This document shows, piece by piece, positions 37,570 through 49,815 of a stretch of 64,000 bases of DNA. The notes below the pieces were generated by a model. That model worked only from the letters and a program-made list of their open reading frames with translations, searched no databases and had not been told where the DNA came from. The position numbers and the translations under genes were made by a program. Positions within the stretch are counted from its first letter, which is position 1. Each line of letters starts with the position of its first letter. Origin of the DNA: Octopus sinensis (lineage: Eukaryota); NCBI RefSeq assembly GCF_006345805.1, contig NC_043002.1:3906001-3970000 (forward strand), given 5' to 3'.

Positions 37570-39010
37570 TACAACTTACTTGGGAAGGATCCAGAAATTG
37601 ACAGAGAAACAGAACATGAAGAATTCGGAAAGATACTTGATGGTTTGCAAGTGGAGGATGGAGACTTCACAAAACAAGAAATAGAAAGAGCTACAAGTAA
37701 CCTGAAAGAAGGAAAACAATCTGGTCCTGACAACATCCCACCAGAAGTACTAAAAAGATGTGATTTAGACGACATCATCCTTGAATTCGCAAACAAACTA
37801 CTAAATGACAATGTGGAACCAGAACAATGGTCAGAGATAGACTTGCTACTGCTGCCCAAAACTGGAAACCTAAGCGGTCAGTCTGTCATCCATTGTAGCA
37901 AAAATGGTCAACAAGATGATACTTAACCGAATACAACCTAAGATAGACAAACAATTGCAACCAAATCAAAATGGATTCAGATCAGAACGGTCAACAACAT
38001 CTCACACTATCGCACTTAGAAGACTGATAGAGGGAGTTAAGAGCCATAACAGGAAGACTGTCATTATCTATGTAGACCTTAAAAAAGGCTTTTGGTTCAA
38101 TACATAGAGGAATGATGACATCATCATCATCATCGTTTAACGTCCGTTTTCCGTGCTAGCATGGGTTGGACGGTTCGACCGGGGATCTGGGAAGCCAGAA
38201 GGCTGCACCAGGCTCCAGTCTGATCTGGCAGTGTTTCTACAGCTGGATGTTCTTCCTAATGCCAACCACTCCGTGAGTGTAGTGGGTGCTTTGTATGTGC
38301 CACTGGCACAGGTGCCAGGAGAGGCTGGCAACGGCCACGATCGGATTGGTGCATTTTACATGCCACCGGCACGGAAGCCAGTCAAGGCAGCGCTGGCATC
38401 GGCCAGATACTTAAAGCATATGATATTCCACCAAGAATTCTGAGAGCAATAAGTAAGCTGTATGAGAAGAGCAGAGAGAAAGTGATCGATGGAGAGATGG
38501 AGAAACGGAATATTTTGAAGTCAAAGCCAGAGTATTACAAGGCGACATGCTGGCACCTTGTCTCTTCACCATCATTCTGGACTATGTAATGCATAGAACG
38601 TAGGAGGGCAAGGAAGAAGAACTGGGATTCAAACTGCATAGGCAAAGAAGTAGACGGCATCAAGCAGTAACAGTGATTGACTTAGACTATGCTGATGACC
38701 TGGCATTACTAACAGAGAGGACAGATCAGGCACAGGAGGTGCTGAGTAGATTAGAGCAGAAATCGGGGAAGGAAGGATTGTACTGTGATGCAAAGAAAAC
38801 AGAGCTGCAAGTATTCAACCACAAAATGTGTGTCAGTGAAAGTGAGAGACAGCAAGTCACTGAAGATAGTTGAAAATTTCAAATACCTTGGTGCATGGAC
38901 AGAAAGTACTGAAAAAGAGATCGTAGCAAGGAAATCTCTTGCCTGGAGCACAAATTGAGAAAGGTATGGAGTTCAAAGTTAGCAAGGAAAGGGAGGTGGT
39001 TTCTGGCAGT
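37570..39010 (+). mobile_element. Decayed RTE-like LINE RT region, interrupted by an RTE tail insertion (about 38117-38405, -)
   Basis: KQSGPDNIPPEVLK, QNGFRSERST, VLQGDMLAP.LF, DYADDLALL, FKYLG motifs with frameshifts. Confidence 0.8.
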
Positions 39011-39683
39011 TCTCACAGGATAAACTGGGTGTCTTGAAGCTCCTGGTAACTCAGGCAGTGACAAACAGCCTCATTCTTCACATTGCTGTTTCTTACTCAA
39101 CTTTGGTGTCCCCTATACTGATTGGTCCTTCTTCCTAATACACTCATTCTGTTGGGTTTTTGAAAGTACTGCATGCAGCATTCTGATGTAGACTTCTGTA
39201 AAATAGGCTTTCAGGGCACAGTATAGGTTATAAAGCTTTAAAAAATTTTTTAAAAAAAGGCAAGGGGGCATGGTCGATTTCTCACCATACAATTTATTTC
39301 TTCACAGAAGAAGCCAGATTTACATCACTTTGTAAAATGTAAACAACTGTCTGGCCACAAAGTTTGACAATCATTTTACTTGCAAAAAAACTTTCAGGAA
39401 ATTCTCTCATCTCCCTTCTGCCAAAAAAAAAAAAAAATCTAACATAGGCACGAAGCCAGAAATGTTGAAAGAAGAGTAGAGTCGATTTAATCAACCCCAG
39501 TACTTGACTGGTACTTTATTTTATCAACCTCAATAAGGATGAAAGGCAAAGTCAACCTTGGAGGGATTTGAACTCGAGACAGAGGGCATTTTGTCCAATA
39601 CACTACCATTTCTGCCATGCATTGCCGCCCATCCCATTCCCTTTTCCTCCCATCCCATAACAACAACAATGACAAACATCCGT

Positions 39684-39851
39684 TCAGTTTAACAGCATGC
39701 TCTCCAACGCTTGGCTCTTCAGCTGCGACTGGGCGATGTCGTGCAGCGCCTGCTGCGTTTGATCCAAGAGTAGTTCCCCTTTGTGCACCACCTCTTCCAG
39801 TTTATGGGCAGCATCTTGGTTCTCGATTTCCAGTTTCTTTAAGCTGGCCAG
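39684..39851 (-). CDS. MED21: MED21 exon 4 (terminal)
   Basis: ttctgttgctgcAG|CTGGCC...TGA, 168 nt. [45 protein letters not shown] (human ...[22 protein letters not shown]). The 4 exons total 426 nt, giving 141 aa. Confidence 0.95.
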   Translation of the reverse strand: [55 protein letters not shown]

Positions 39852-40426
39852 CTGCAGCAACAGAATGAATAACATATCATTAAATAACAAAATACTGATA
39901 AGAGTATGAAACATAAGCAAACGGGAAAACAAAGAAAGAAAAGAAAGCAACATGTTAGACTCATCCCTATACAAGTAGATTTAGTAAGAGCTGGTCAGAA
40001 AGTAGGTGATTTCTGCCCAGATCAGCTGTGACTGAACAGACCTACATATCTAAAAGGTGTTCCAGTTATGGCCATCATGTCTTTTGCTTAGATATTGTAT
40101 TTCTGTTACTAAATCATCCAATATGTCCATCTTTTTTTCTTCCAAAGACGGCTGGTTTAATTTAAATGAGATTTGGTTGCTAAATCATTAGTTGAACAAC
40201 CCTGTTGAGACACCCTCATAAGCTTGTGTTGAGTGTGTGCAAATATACACACAAACTATTCAGCCATCCCATTCTTATACGCAAGAAGTTCACTTTACAA
40301 TCGTGGGCTCCTGGGTTCAGTTCCACTATGCAGGGCCTTACAGCCATTGGCTTGGATGCATTCAAATTGTGTGAATGCTACTTGGCCTGAACTTTGCATT
40401 GCAAGTTTTAATTTAGAAAACCTTAA

Positions 40427-40782
40427 CCCTTTAGCATTTAAACTGGCCAAATCCAGCCAAAATATTGTTTCATGTTCAAACTAACTAGATCTGATATCAC
40501 ACAATATCATTCTAAAATTAAACAATATCATCATGAAAAATCTTGAAGTTATAAAATGATGTAGGATTAATTCAAAACAGTATGAATAAATGGTGCCACA
40601 TAAAAGCACCCAACACACACTGTAAGGTGATTGGCATGTTAGGAACGGCATCCATCCATAGAAACCATGCCAAATCAGAGTGGAGTCTGGTGCAGCTTGC
40701 CAGCTCTGGTCAAACTATCCAACCCATGGACAACAGACATTAAATGATGATGATTTGATGGACTTATCTGAATGCTAAAGGG
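40427..40782. mobile_element. piggyBac-type MITE with nested RTE tail (about 40590-40755)
   Basis: TTAA|CCCTTTAGCATT...AATGCTAAAGGG|TTAA. Confidence 0.85.
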
Positions 40783-42585
40783 TTAAATATGGAGCTTGTT
40801 TCCCAGAACCAGGTTTCATACAGGTTGGTATCAACAAAGTTAACCACCTTTACGTAATATACTGTTTTGAAGAATATACCATTTTCAATTTATGCCAATT
40901 GGTTGGTTTTTCATTGTCTTTATTTTAGGGAGACAAATTGGCTAGAAGTGATTCTGTTGTACAGGTTCAAACAAATCATCATTTAACAATCACTTTCCAT
41001 GTTGGCATGGGTTAGACAGTTTGACTGAAAGCTGGGGAGCTACATTAGATTCCACTGGTTTCTACAGCCAGATGTCCTTCCTAACGCCAACCACTCCAAG
41101 AGTGTAGTGGGTGCTTTTTATGTGCCACCAGCATAGATGCCAGTCAACTGACACTGGCCACAACTACAATTTCACTTGGCTTGACAGAACTTCTCAAGCA
41201 CAGCATATCGCCTAACAATTAAAGGGTGCTGTTTATGTGCCAGATACGCAACACTGGCATCAGCCATGACTATGGTCTCACTTGGCTTGATGTGTCTTCT
41301 CAAGCATGGCATATCGTCAAAGGTCTCAGTCACTTGTCATTGCCTCTGTGAGGCTCAACATTCAAAGATCATGCCTCAACACCTTGTCCCATGTCTTCCT
41401 GGGTCTACCTCTTCCACAGGTTCCCTCCATCTTTTGAGTGTGGCACTTCACATCACATGACCAGACCAGCACAGTCACCTCAGTTGCACACCACATCTGA
41501 TGCCCACAAATAAAGTGCAAAGGAATGGAAATTGCTCACAATATCAACCATGCATTCAAGAATATTGGTTCTGAAAATTGAAGATCACAAACAACCTTCT
41601 CTGATTAACTATTTCGCATTTAATCCAATCATATCCAGCCCAGAAATCCTGTTTTAGATGGCTGCACCTGGTGCAGCCATCTGGTTTGCTAGCGCTCAGT
41701 CAAAATCGTCCAACCCATGCTAGCATGGAAAGCGGATGTTAAACGATGATGATGATGTTAAAGGTGACCAGATGAAAGCTCTCAATGCCATTCTAAAAAT
41801 ACATAAACACACCACTGAAGTCTTCAAACTACAAGATAAAGCAATGGTTAGTTCAGAACGTGTGACCAAGACTTTAGGCAATATGCCATGCTTGAGAAGA
41901 CTTGTGAAGCCAAGTGAAACCAGAGTTGTGGCCGAGGCTGGTGTCGTGTAACTGGCACCATTTTATGTGTCACCTGTGCTGGTGGCACATAAAAAGCACC
42001 CGTTACACTCTTGGAGTGGTTGGCAATTAGGAAGGGCATCCAGGTAGTAGAAACCATGCCAAATCAGACTGGAACTTGGGACAGCTCTTCGGCATACTAG
42101 TTCCAGTCAAACCGTCTAACCAATGCCAGCATGGAAAGCAGACGTTAAATGATGGTGATGCTGATGATGATGAATGTGAATAAATAAGCATCACATTTGA
42201 CAAAGAAATCTGAAAGCTAAAGGTTTAAGGACCCATACATCATCATCATTTAACGTCCGCTTTCCATGCTAGCATGGGTTGGACGATTTGACCGAGGTCT
42301 GGCAAACCAGACTCCAATCTGATCTGGCAGAGTTTCTACAGCTGGATGCCCTTCCTAACGCCACCCACTCCGAGAGTGTAGTGGGTGCTTTTTATGTGCC
42401 ACCGGCACGAGGGCCAGTTTGGTGATATTGGCAACGGCCACGCCCAAATGGGGCTTTTTACGTGCCACCTGCACACAAAAGAACAAAATGCTGACCAATA
42501 GTTGCTTGACATTTGCACACACACTGGACAATCAAAATGCCCAACAAATGTGAGGATAAGGCATGGGCTGAACAAAAACATTTAA

Positions 42586-42804
42586 CCCTTTAGTATTTAA
42601 ACCGGCCATATCCGGCCAAAATATTTAATCTGTTTTATGCTCAAACTGACCAGATCCAGGCTCTCACACCTACCCTACAATGTTATTCTACATTAAGTAA
42701 TTACACCATCAAGATCTTGAAGATATGAGATAATGCATGATTAATTCAAATCAATGGGAATCAATAAGCATTATGTTTGATAGAATAATCTGAATACTAA
42801 AGGT
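42586..42804. mobile_element. piggyBac-type MITE, uninterrupted copy
   Basis: TTAA|CCCTTTAGTATT...AATACTAAAGGT|TTAA; internal homology to the 40427 copy. Confidence 0.8.
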
Positions 42805-42829
42805 TTAAAGAACCAGCAACAAAGCCCAT

Positions 42830-43560
42830 TCTACGCTTCCTTTGTGCAACAAAAATGATCCATTTTTTGGTTTGAATTCTGTACAACCGATAGGGGTTGT
42901 ACTGAGGTGAAGCACCAAAGACACTTCCCAAAATGAAAACAGCATCAAACGAAGATTCTGGTCATTGTTTGGTGATCAACAAGTGATATCGTCCACCACT
43001 ATTCCTCGAATTCCGTCAAAAATCATTACAGCAGAAAAGTATTGCCTGGAAATTGATGAAATCCAATATCTGATTACAGGTAAGTTCATCACCATCAATT
43101 CACCTTGAGGAAGATTTACTGAGAAAATATATCCAATAGGACCCTACAGTGAATTGATGATGGTGAACTTACCAGACACATTGATAGTTATGTCCAGCAC
43201 AGGCCAATTCACAAACCAATTCCCCATGACACTGCTTGACCAAATCTCACAAACGGGTGTGAAAATTGAATAAAGTCAGCTACAGAACTCGGCTGGCTTC
43301 CCAAACTTCTCTCTGACCACTTTTCTAAGCATCTCAATAACTTTCAGCTAAAAATGGTCTTCAACAACCAAGCAGCAAATGCAAAATAACTTCAAAGAAA
43401 TTCATCGGTTCCAGGCTCTAGAATTCTGTGACCAGAACAGACATGATTTTTGTTGGCAAAGATGTTTAAACTCTAATGATTCTTACTTCAAGTGATATCT
43501 ATTCTAAGCCAACACAAATTGCTTTCAAGTTGAAGATTAAAAATAATTTTTTTTTACTTT
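42830..43560 (+). mobile_element. Decayed mariner transposase fragment interrupted at about 43061-43190
   Basis: ITAEKYCLEIDE and downstream HFxKHLxNF / FNNQAA / WQxC-like pieces, heavily frameshifted. Confidence 0.55.
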
Positions 43561-44231
43561 GATAAATATTTGACTTAGAATGGCACGTTTCAGTAATCTG
43601 TTTGGTACAGGAAGCTTAGTGGGCAAACATACACAAATGCATGCAAGCATACAAATATGCATCTGATATTCTCATCAACCGATGTCAAAATGATTTTACG
43701 TCTCCCTCTGGTATATATTGTTTAAGAACTAACCACAACCACAAAAGATTTTGAATTGGATGAAAACTGCAGTAACTTGCCTGTCAATGGTGTGTATACA
43801 CTAAGACACATATGTAGTTAAATAACATTTAGACATATATATATATACATGCGTAAACATATATAATCCAGCAGTTTCTCAAACTGAGTATGATTTTACA
43901 GCAGCTAGCACCGTTTCTTCAGCCAAGTTTTAGGGGCTCATCTAGTTCCAAACAAACTTGGATATTTTCTCAATCCTTACACCCTTGACTAGGCTCAACC
44001 TCAAAAGCATGACAGCTAGGTCAACTGACAAAAGAGAAACTTGACCTCAGCAAGGTTTGAACCTCTGAATGGGAAGAGCCTCAAATGCTTCTGCCAAATT
44101 CACTAACCTAAAATTATTTAAGACTCCAAACTTGTAGCAAATCCTTTATCCAGTGAATGGTTGCCAATTTCGTGCATAAAAAAAAGACAACAAAAACCAC
44201 TCATCTCTCTCTCCCCTCCATATATATATAT

Positions 44232-44533
44232 CACCGTGATCGACCAGGCTATCAGATGTTGCTACACATCGCTGGTCACAATGTGATTCGCATTGTTTTA
44301 GCCTTCATGTGACGCCATCCCGCTGGATAAGCGAGCAGGCCAACAGAAGTAAGAGTGAGAGAAAGTTGTGGTGAAAGAGTACAGCAGGGATCGCCATCAC
44401 CCCCTGCAGGAGCATCGTGGAGTTTTAGGTGTTTTCACTCAATAAACACACACAACGCCCGGTCTGGGAATTGAAACCGCGATCCTACGACCACGAGTCC
44501 GCTGCCCTAACCACTGGGCCATTGCACCTCCAC
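44232..44533 (-). mobile_element. tRNA-derived SINE family C
   Basis: Minus strand GGAGGTGCAATGGCCCAGTGGTTAGGGCAGCGGACTC...GGTTTCAATTCCCAGACC: clear A and B boxes. Confidence 0.85.
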
Positions 44534-45479
44534 ACACACACACACATATATATATAGTCCAGGAGTTACCAAACGTTTTTCACAGCAGGCCAGATAACAG
44601 AGAGAATGACAAGCATGGGCCACACAACCATTTTGTTGAATGCAATGCAGTGAATAAACAAAACATAAAAACAACCAACAAATTAACCAAAAAGTTATCA
44701 AAGAAAGCAACATTAGCAATAAGATAGTTATATTGTACCCAGTGTGCACACATAACTGAATCTCACAAACTAAGCAGCAAAAAAAGGTTGGTGAGATTTG
44801 TGAAACTGGTGTTTAGCTTTGAAGATATCATCAATATTTGCTTTGGAATTGCTGCATCCAACCAAGAGAATTGCTTTCAAATGTTCATCAGTCAACCTCG
44901 TTCAATGTGCTGACTTCACATTCTTCATTTTTGAAAATGTTTCCTCACAGACATAAGTTGTTCCAAACACTGATGCCATACCAGAGGCAAATGAACTCTC
45001 ATTGCAGGTATTTACAAAGGTACAGTGAAGCAGCAGGCCGGATGAACTGACTCACAGGCCATAGTTTGGTGACCCCTGATATAGTTGATTAGTTTGTCTA
45101 AGATTCCTAAAGGTGGTGCTCCAGCATGGGCACAGTCTAATGACCGACTCGCCTGGCCCCCGTGCCAGTGGCATGTAAAAAGCACCATCCGATCGTGGCC
45201 GTATGCCAGCCTCGTCTGGCACCTGTGCCGGTGGCACGTAAAAAGCACCCACCACACTCACGGAGTGGTTGGCGTTAGGAAGGGCATCCAGCCGTAGAAA
45301 CATTGCCAGATCAGACTGGGCCTGGTGCAGCCTTCTGGCTTCCCAGACCCCAGTAGAACCATCCAACCCATGCTAGCATGGAAAGAGGACGCTAAACGAT
45401 GATGATACACCTGACAAAAGAGTAGATACTGGTTGATGTGAAATCAAACTGAACTCCAGAAATTATTTGGTGAACTTAC

Positions 45480-45580
45480 TTGTAATTCCATATATGATTC
45501 TTCACTTGGCAGAGAATCTATCACAACATCTATATCTTTGGCAGTTCGGGCAATAAGCTTGGAGAACAGGACAGCATAAT
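45480..45580 (-). CDS. MED21: MED21 exon 3
   Basis: tatttgctAG|ATTATGCT...TTACAA|GTaagt, 101 nt. [33 protein letters not shown] (human [28 protein letters not shown]). Confidence 0.96.
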
Positions 45581-46635
45581 CTAGCAAATACATAACAGAA
45601 ATTGGAAATATACTTTAACAATCATTATTGTTAACATTTGCTTTTTCGCTTGGCTTCTAACATTCAGTTCAAACAACTCAAGTGGTTTATCTTAGTGCAT
45701 AAATTTACTGATTATGGAAAGAAACATTAAAGATAGTTGCTTCTTAAATAAGATCCAAGAGGTTGCTCAGATCCAGGTCAAACTTGAATAAAAAATATAA
45801 TCAAAAATATTGCAGCCATAATCAGTCAATGGCTTCTTTTTAAAGAAATGGCTATTTCCTGCACCAGCTTCACATAGAAGCCCCAGCCCTTCCAGGATGG
45901 CCTGCTGTACTTACCTTGGATCATAGGGTGACCTGCTGTGCTTGAGGAGACCTATTGAGTCAAGTACATCACTATCAACATCAAAACCCAAATGGAATTT
46001 GTAGTTGTGATACCTGTGCCGGTGGCACAAAAAATGCACCATCCGTACGTGGACGATGCCAGCGCTGCCTTGACTGGCTTCCGTGCCGGTGGCATGTAAA
46101 AAGCACCAACCGTTCGTGGCCATTGCCAACCTACCCTGGCCTTCGTGCTGGTGGCACATAAAAAGCACCCACTACACTCACAAAATGGTTGGCATTAAGG
46201 AAGGGCATCCAGCTGTAGAAACACTGCCAGATCAGACTGGAGCCTGGTGCAACCTCCTGGCTTCCCAGACCATGGTTGAACCGTCCAACCCATGCTAGCA
46301 TGGAAAACGGACGTTAAACGATGATGATGATAAGTAGGACTATTATATGTATCTTTCCTTGCTTAGTTTCATGACATTCAATATGAGGAAGAACTAGCTG
46401 CTATTTCTAACAGATTGAGCTACTATCAATGGGGCTCAGTATAAAAATATGAGGTGGAAACAGCTTATATCTACTGAGATAGAAATATATATTGGACTCC
46501 TTTAGCATGCAGTTATGGATTATCAAAATACTGAGAGTTTAAGGTTGTGGTGACTTTAAATGGAGCATTGACCATTAGTCTTTATTCTTTCAGGTCAGTT
46601 CTAAGATTTCCTTAATCTAGTTCAAATCTAAGAAC

Positions 46636-48210
46636 CGGCACCTGTGTCGGTGGCACATAAACACCATCCGAAGACCCGGCAAGACTAGTCAGGCCATAAC
46701 CCGTGGCCCCTACCTGGGACGTAGTCAGTCCACCTGTGCATACCTTCCTTCCTTCTTGTGACACTTGTGAAGACCTGTTGAGGCAAGTGAAAATCAAATC
46801 AAAATAGATGAACATCAATGGAATTTGTATCTTTGTGGTACCAGTGCCGGTCCACACAAGGAAACCATCATAACGTGGCGGTAGCCAGTACCGCATCGAC
46901 TGGCCTCCTTGCTATGGGCAAGTAACAAACGCCATCCGATCGTGGCCGTTTGCCAGCCTCATCTGGCACCTGTGTCGGTGGCACATAAAAACACCATCCG
47001 AAGACCCGGCAAGACTAGTCAAGCCATAACCCGTGGCCCCTACCTGGGACGTAGTCAATCCACCTGTGCATACCTTCCTTCTTGTGAAGACCTTTTGAGG
47101 CAAGTGAAAATCAAAACAAATGAAAATAGATGAACATCAATGGAATTTGTATCTTTGTGATACCAGTACAGTGGCACACAAGAAAACCATCCGAACGTGG
47201 CCGTAGCCAGTACCGCATCGACTGGCCTCCGTGCTGTGGGCACATAACAAACACCATCCGATCGTGGCCGTTCGCCAGCCTCATCTGGCACCTGTGTCGG
47301 TGGCACATAAAAACACCATCCGAAGACCCGGCAAGACTAGTCAGGCCATAACCCGAGGCCCCTACCTGGGATGTAGTCAGTCCACCTGTGCATACCTTCC
47401 TTCTTGTGACACTTGTGAAGACCTGTTGAGGCAAGTGAAAATCAATCAAAATAGATGAACATCAATGGAATTTGTATCTTTGTGGTACCAGTGCTGGTGG
47501 CACACAAGAAAACCATCCGAACGTGGCCGTAGCCAGTACCGCATCGACTGGCCTCCGTGCTGCGGGCACGTAACAAACACCATCCGATCGTGGCCGTTCG
47601 CCAGCCTCATCTGGCACCTGTGTCGGTGGCACATAAAAACACCATCCGAAGACCCGGCAAGACTAGTCAGGCCATAACCCGAGGCCCTTACCTGGGATGT
47701 AGTCAGTCCACCTGTGCATACCTTCCTTCTTGTGACACTTGTGAAGACCTGTTGAGGCAAGTGAAAATCAATCAAAATAGATGAACATCAATGGAATTTG
47801 TATCTTTGTGGTACCAGTGCTGGTGGCACACAAGAAAACCATCCGAACGTGGCCGTAGCCAGTACCGCATCGACTGGCCTCCGTGCTGCGGGCACGTAAC
47901 AAACACCATCCGATCGTGGCCGTTCGCCAGCCTCATCTGGCACCTGTGTCGGTGGCACATAAAAAACACCATCCGAGCGTGGCCGTCTGCCAGCCTCGTC
48001 TGGCACCTGTGTCGGTGGCACATAAAATCACCCACTACACTCTCGGAGTGGTTGGCGTTAGGAAGGGCATCCAGCTGTAGAAACACTGCCAGATCTGACT
48101 GGCCTGGTGCAGCCTTCGGGCTCCCCAGACCCCAGTTGAACCGTCCAACCCATGCTAGCATGGAAAACGGACGCTAAACGAATGAATGATGATGATGATG
48201 GTTGTTAGCC
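46636..48210 (+). repeat. Head-to-tail array of about 326-bp RTE 3' UTR units ending in a complete RTE tail (MED21 intron 2)
   Basis: Unit starts (GAAGACCCGGCAAGACTAG) at 46670, 47000, 47322 and 47648. Confidence 0.92.
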
Positions 48211-48924
48211 ACTCACATTTGTTTACACAATTCTCAGAATTTGTTCCTATCATTTTCATGCTTAATATTACAGAATACCAAACAAAGTTCAGTTCAGTGA
48301 TTCCCATCTCCACACTGGTGCAGGACTGGGTCAAAAACCTCTTCCATGACCTTAATCCACTTTTGTTAATAGCTGCCATGAGAATTTACAAGTCTCATGC
48401 TGTGTACACTGAAGTATTTCATTAGTTTTACATTCTTGAGTTTAAAGAAATTCTTTCTACAGCTGAACTCCTCTTCATATTATGATGTCTCAGTCGTATG
48501 CTAAAAAGACGCAAGACATTTTTTGGTAGTTTTGCTACCATTGTTGGCTAAATTCTGTAAAATATTCCAAAGACACTTTTCCTCTAAGTAACAAGAGTTA
48601 TGTTGCAATATTCTTGAGTATTGAAATAAAATGCCTCAACACAGTGGTTCTTAAACTTGCTTTTGTCACAGAACTACCATACAATTTTCTAGAAATTGCA
48701 GAACCCATATCTATATTTTATGGACACAGAAACTTATTCAAATAAAAAGCATATAATTTATTCTAAAAATGGCAAATGAAATTTGCTAATAGAACTTTGG
48801 GGTTCCTCAGAACCATTTAGTAAAAACACTAGCTTGGTGGATGCAGTTTTGGTCTATCGCTTCTTACAGATTGAGTTTTGATCTACTAAAAATATTTCCC
48901 TGTGTATTTAGTCAATATACGTAA

Positions 48925-49143
48925 CCCTTTCATTACTGTATTTATTTTGAGATGCTTTGTGTCTCTTTCAATTACTTTAAATAACAAAGAATTTAGTAAA
49001 ATAACTTGGTTATCATTTAGCTAGTGTTAGGAACATAAACTGTGACTAACGTTTGGTAGAAGATTTTAATTCAAAACTTAAGAAAACAAGACATTTGTAC
49101 TGCAGAGCCAGAGCCGGCTTTGGTCAGGTTGGTAATGAAAGGG
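48925..49143. mobile_element. piggyBac-type MITE, different family
   Basis: GTAA|CCCTTTTCATTAC...GTAATGAAAGGG|TTAA. Confidence 0.65.
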
Positions 49144-49241
49144 TTAATCACTTCAGTTCACCAATCAAAATTCGGAAATAATCCTCTGTCACAGACCAGA
49201 ATCATGTCAAAGAGAATATTTTATGACTCATCTCAACTCAC

Positions 49242-49356
49242 CTTCCTGAGGGGCTTCAGCAGGGGATTTATTACCGGGTCTTTCAAAACCTGGAAATGGA
49301 CTTGATGGAGCACATTGCTGGAGAATACCAATGCTGTTGCAGAAATGATCTGCAAG
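49242..49356 (-). CDS. MED21: MED21 exon 2
   Basis: ttttctctttgcAG|CTTGCA...GAAG|GTgagt, 115 nt. LADHFCNSIGILQQCAP (human LADQFCNAIGVLQQCGP). Confidence 0.95.
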
Positions 49357-49749
49357 CTGCAAAGAGAAAATACACACACATAATATACCTCTTAACACCA
49401 TCTTCATTATCCTTTTAATGTCCATTTTTCCATGCTTGCATGGGTCAGATGGAATTCACTGAGGTAGATTTCCTACAGACTGATGTCCTTCCTGTCACCA
49501 GCTCTCACCTGGTTCCAAGCAAGGAGGTAATATTTCTCCACAGCCAGACAGGGATTTGCAGAATATTGGAAATTAACGACACTGCTTGTATGACAGTGAC
49601 ATTCATTTACAACTGTAATGTAATGTCAAGACAAAGAGACACAAACATACAACATTGTCTGGCTTAAAAAGCCACATCAGATGCCATGATGGTTCTAAGG
49701 TGTAGGTACAGAAGGTGGTCAAACTCTGCATAAGGAGTAGACAACCACC

Positions 49750-49810
<61 letters not shown>

Positions 49811-49815
<5 letters not shown>

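Noticed and set aside
39097-39195. Minus-strand segment with good acceptor and donor
   Set aside because: Stops in all three frames; at best non-coding, and unsupported.
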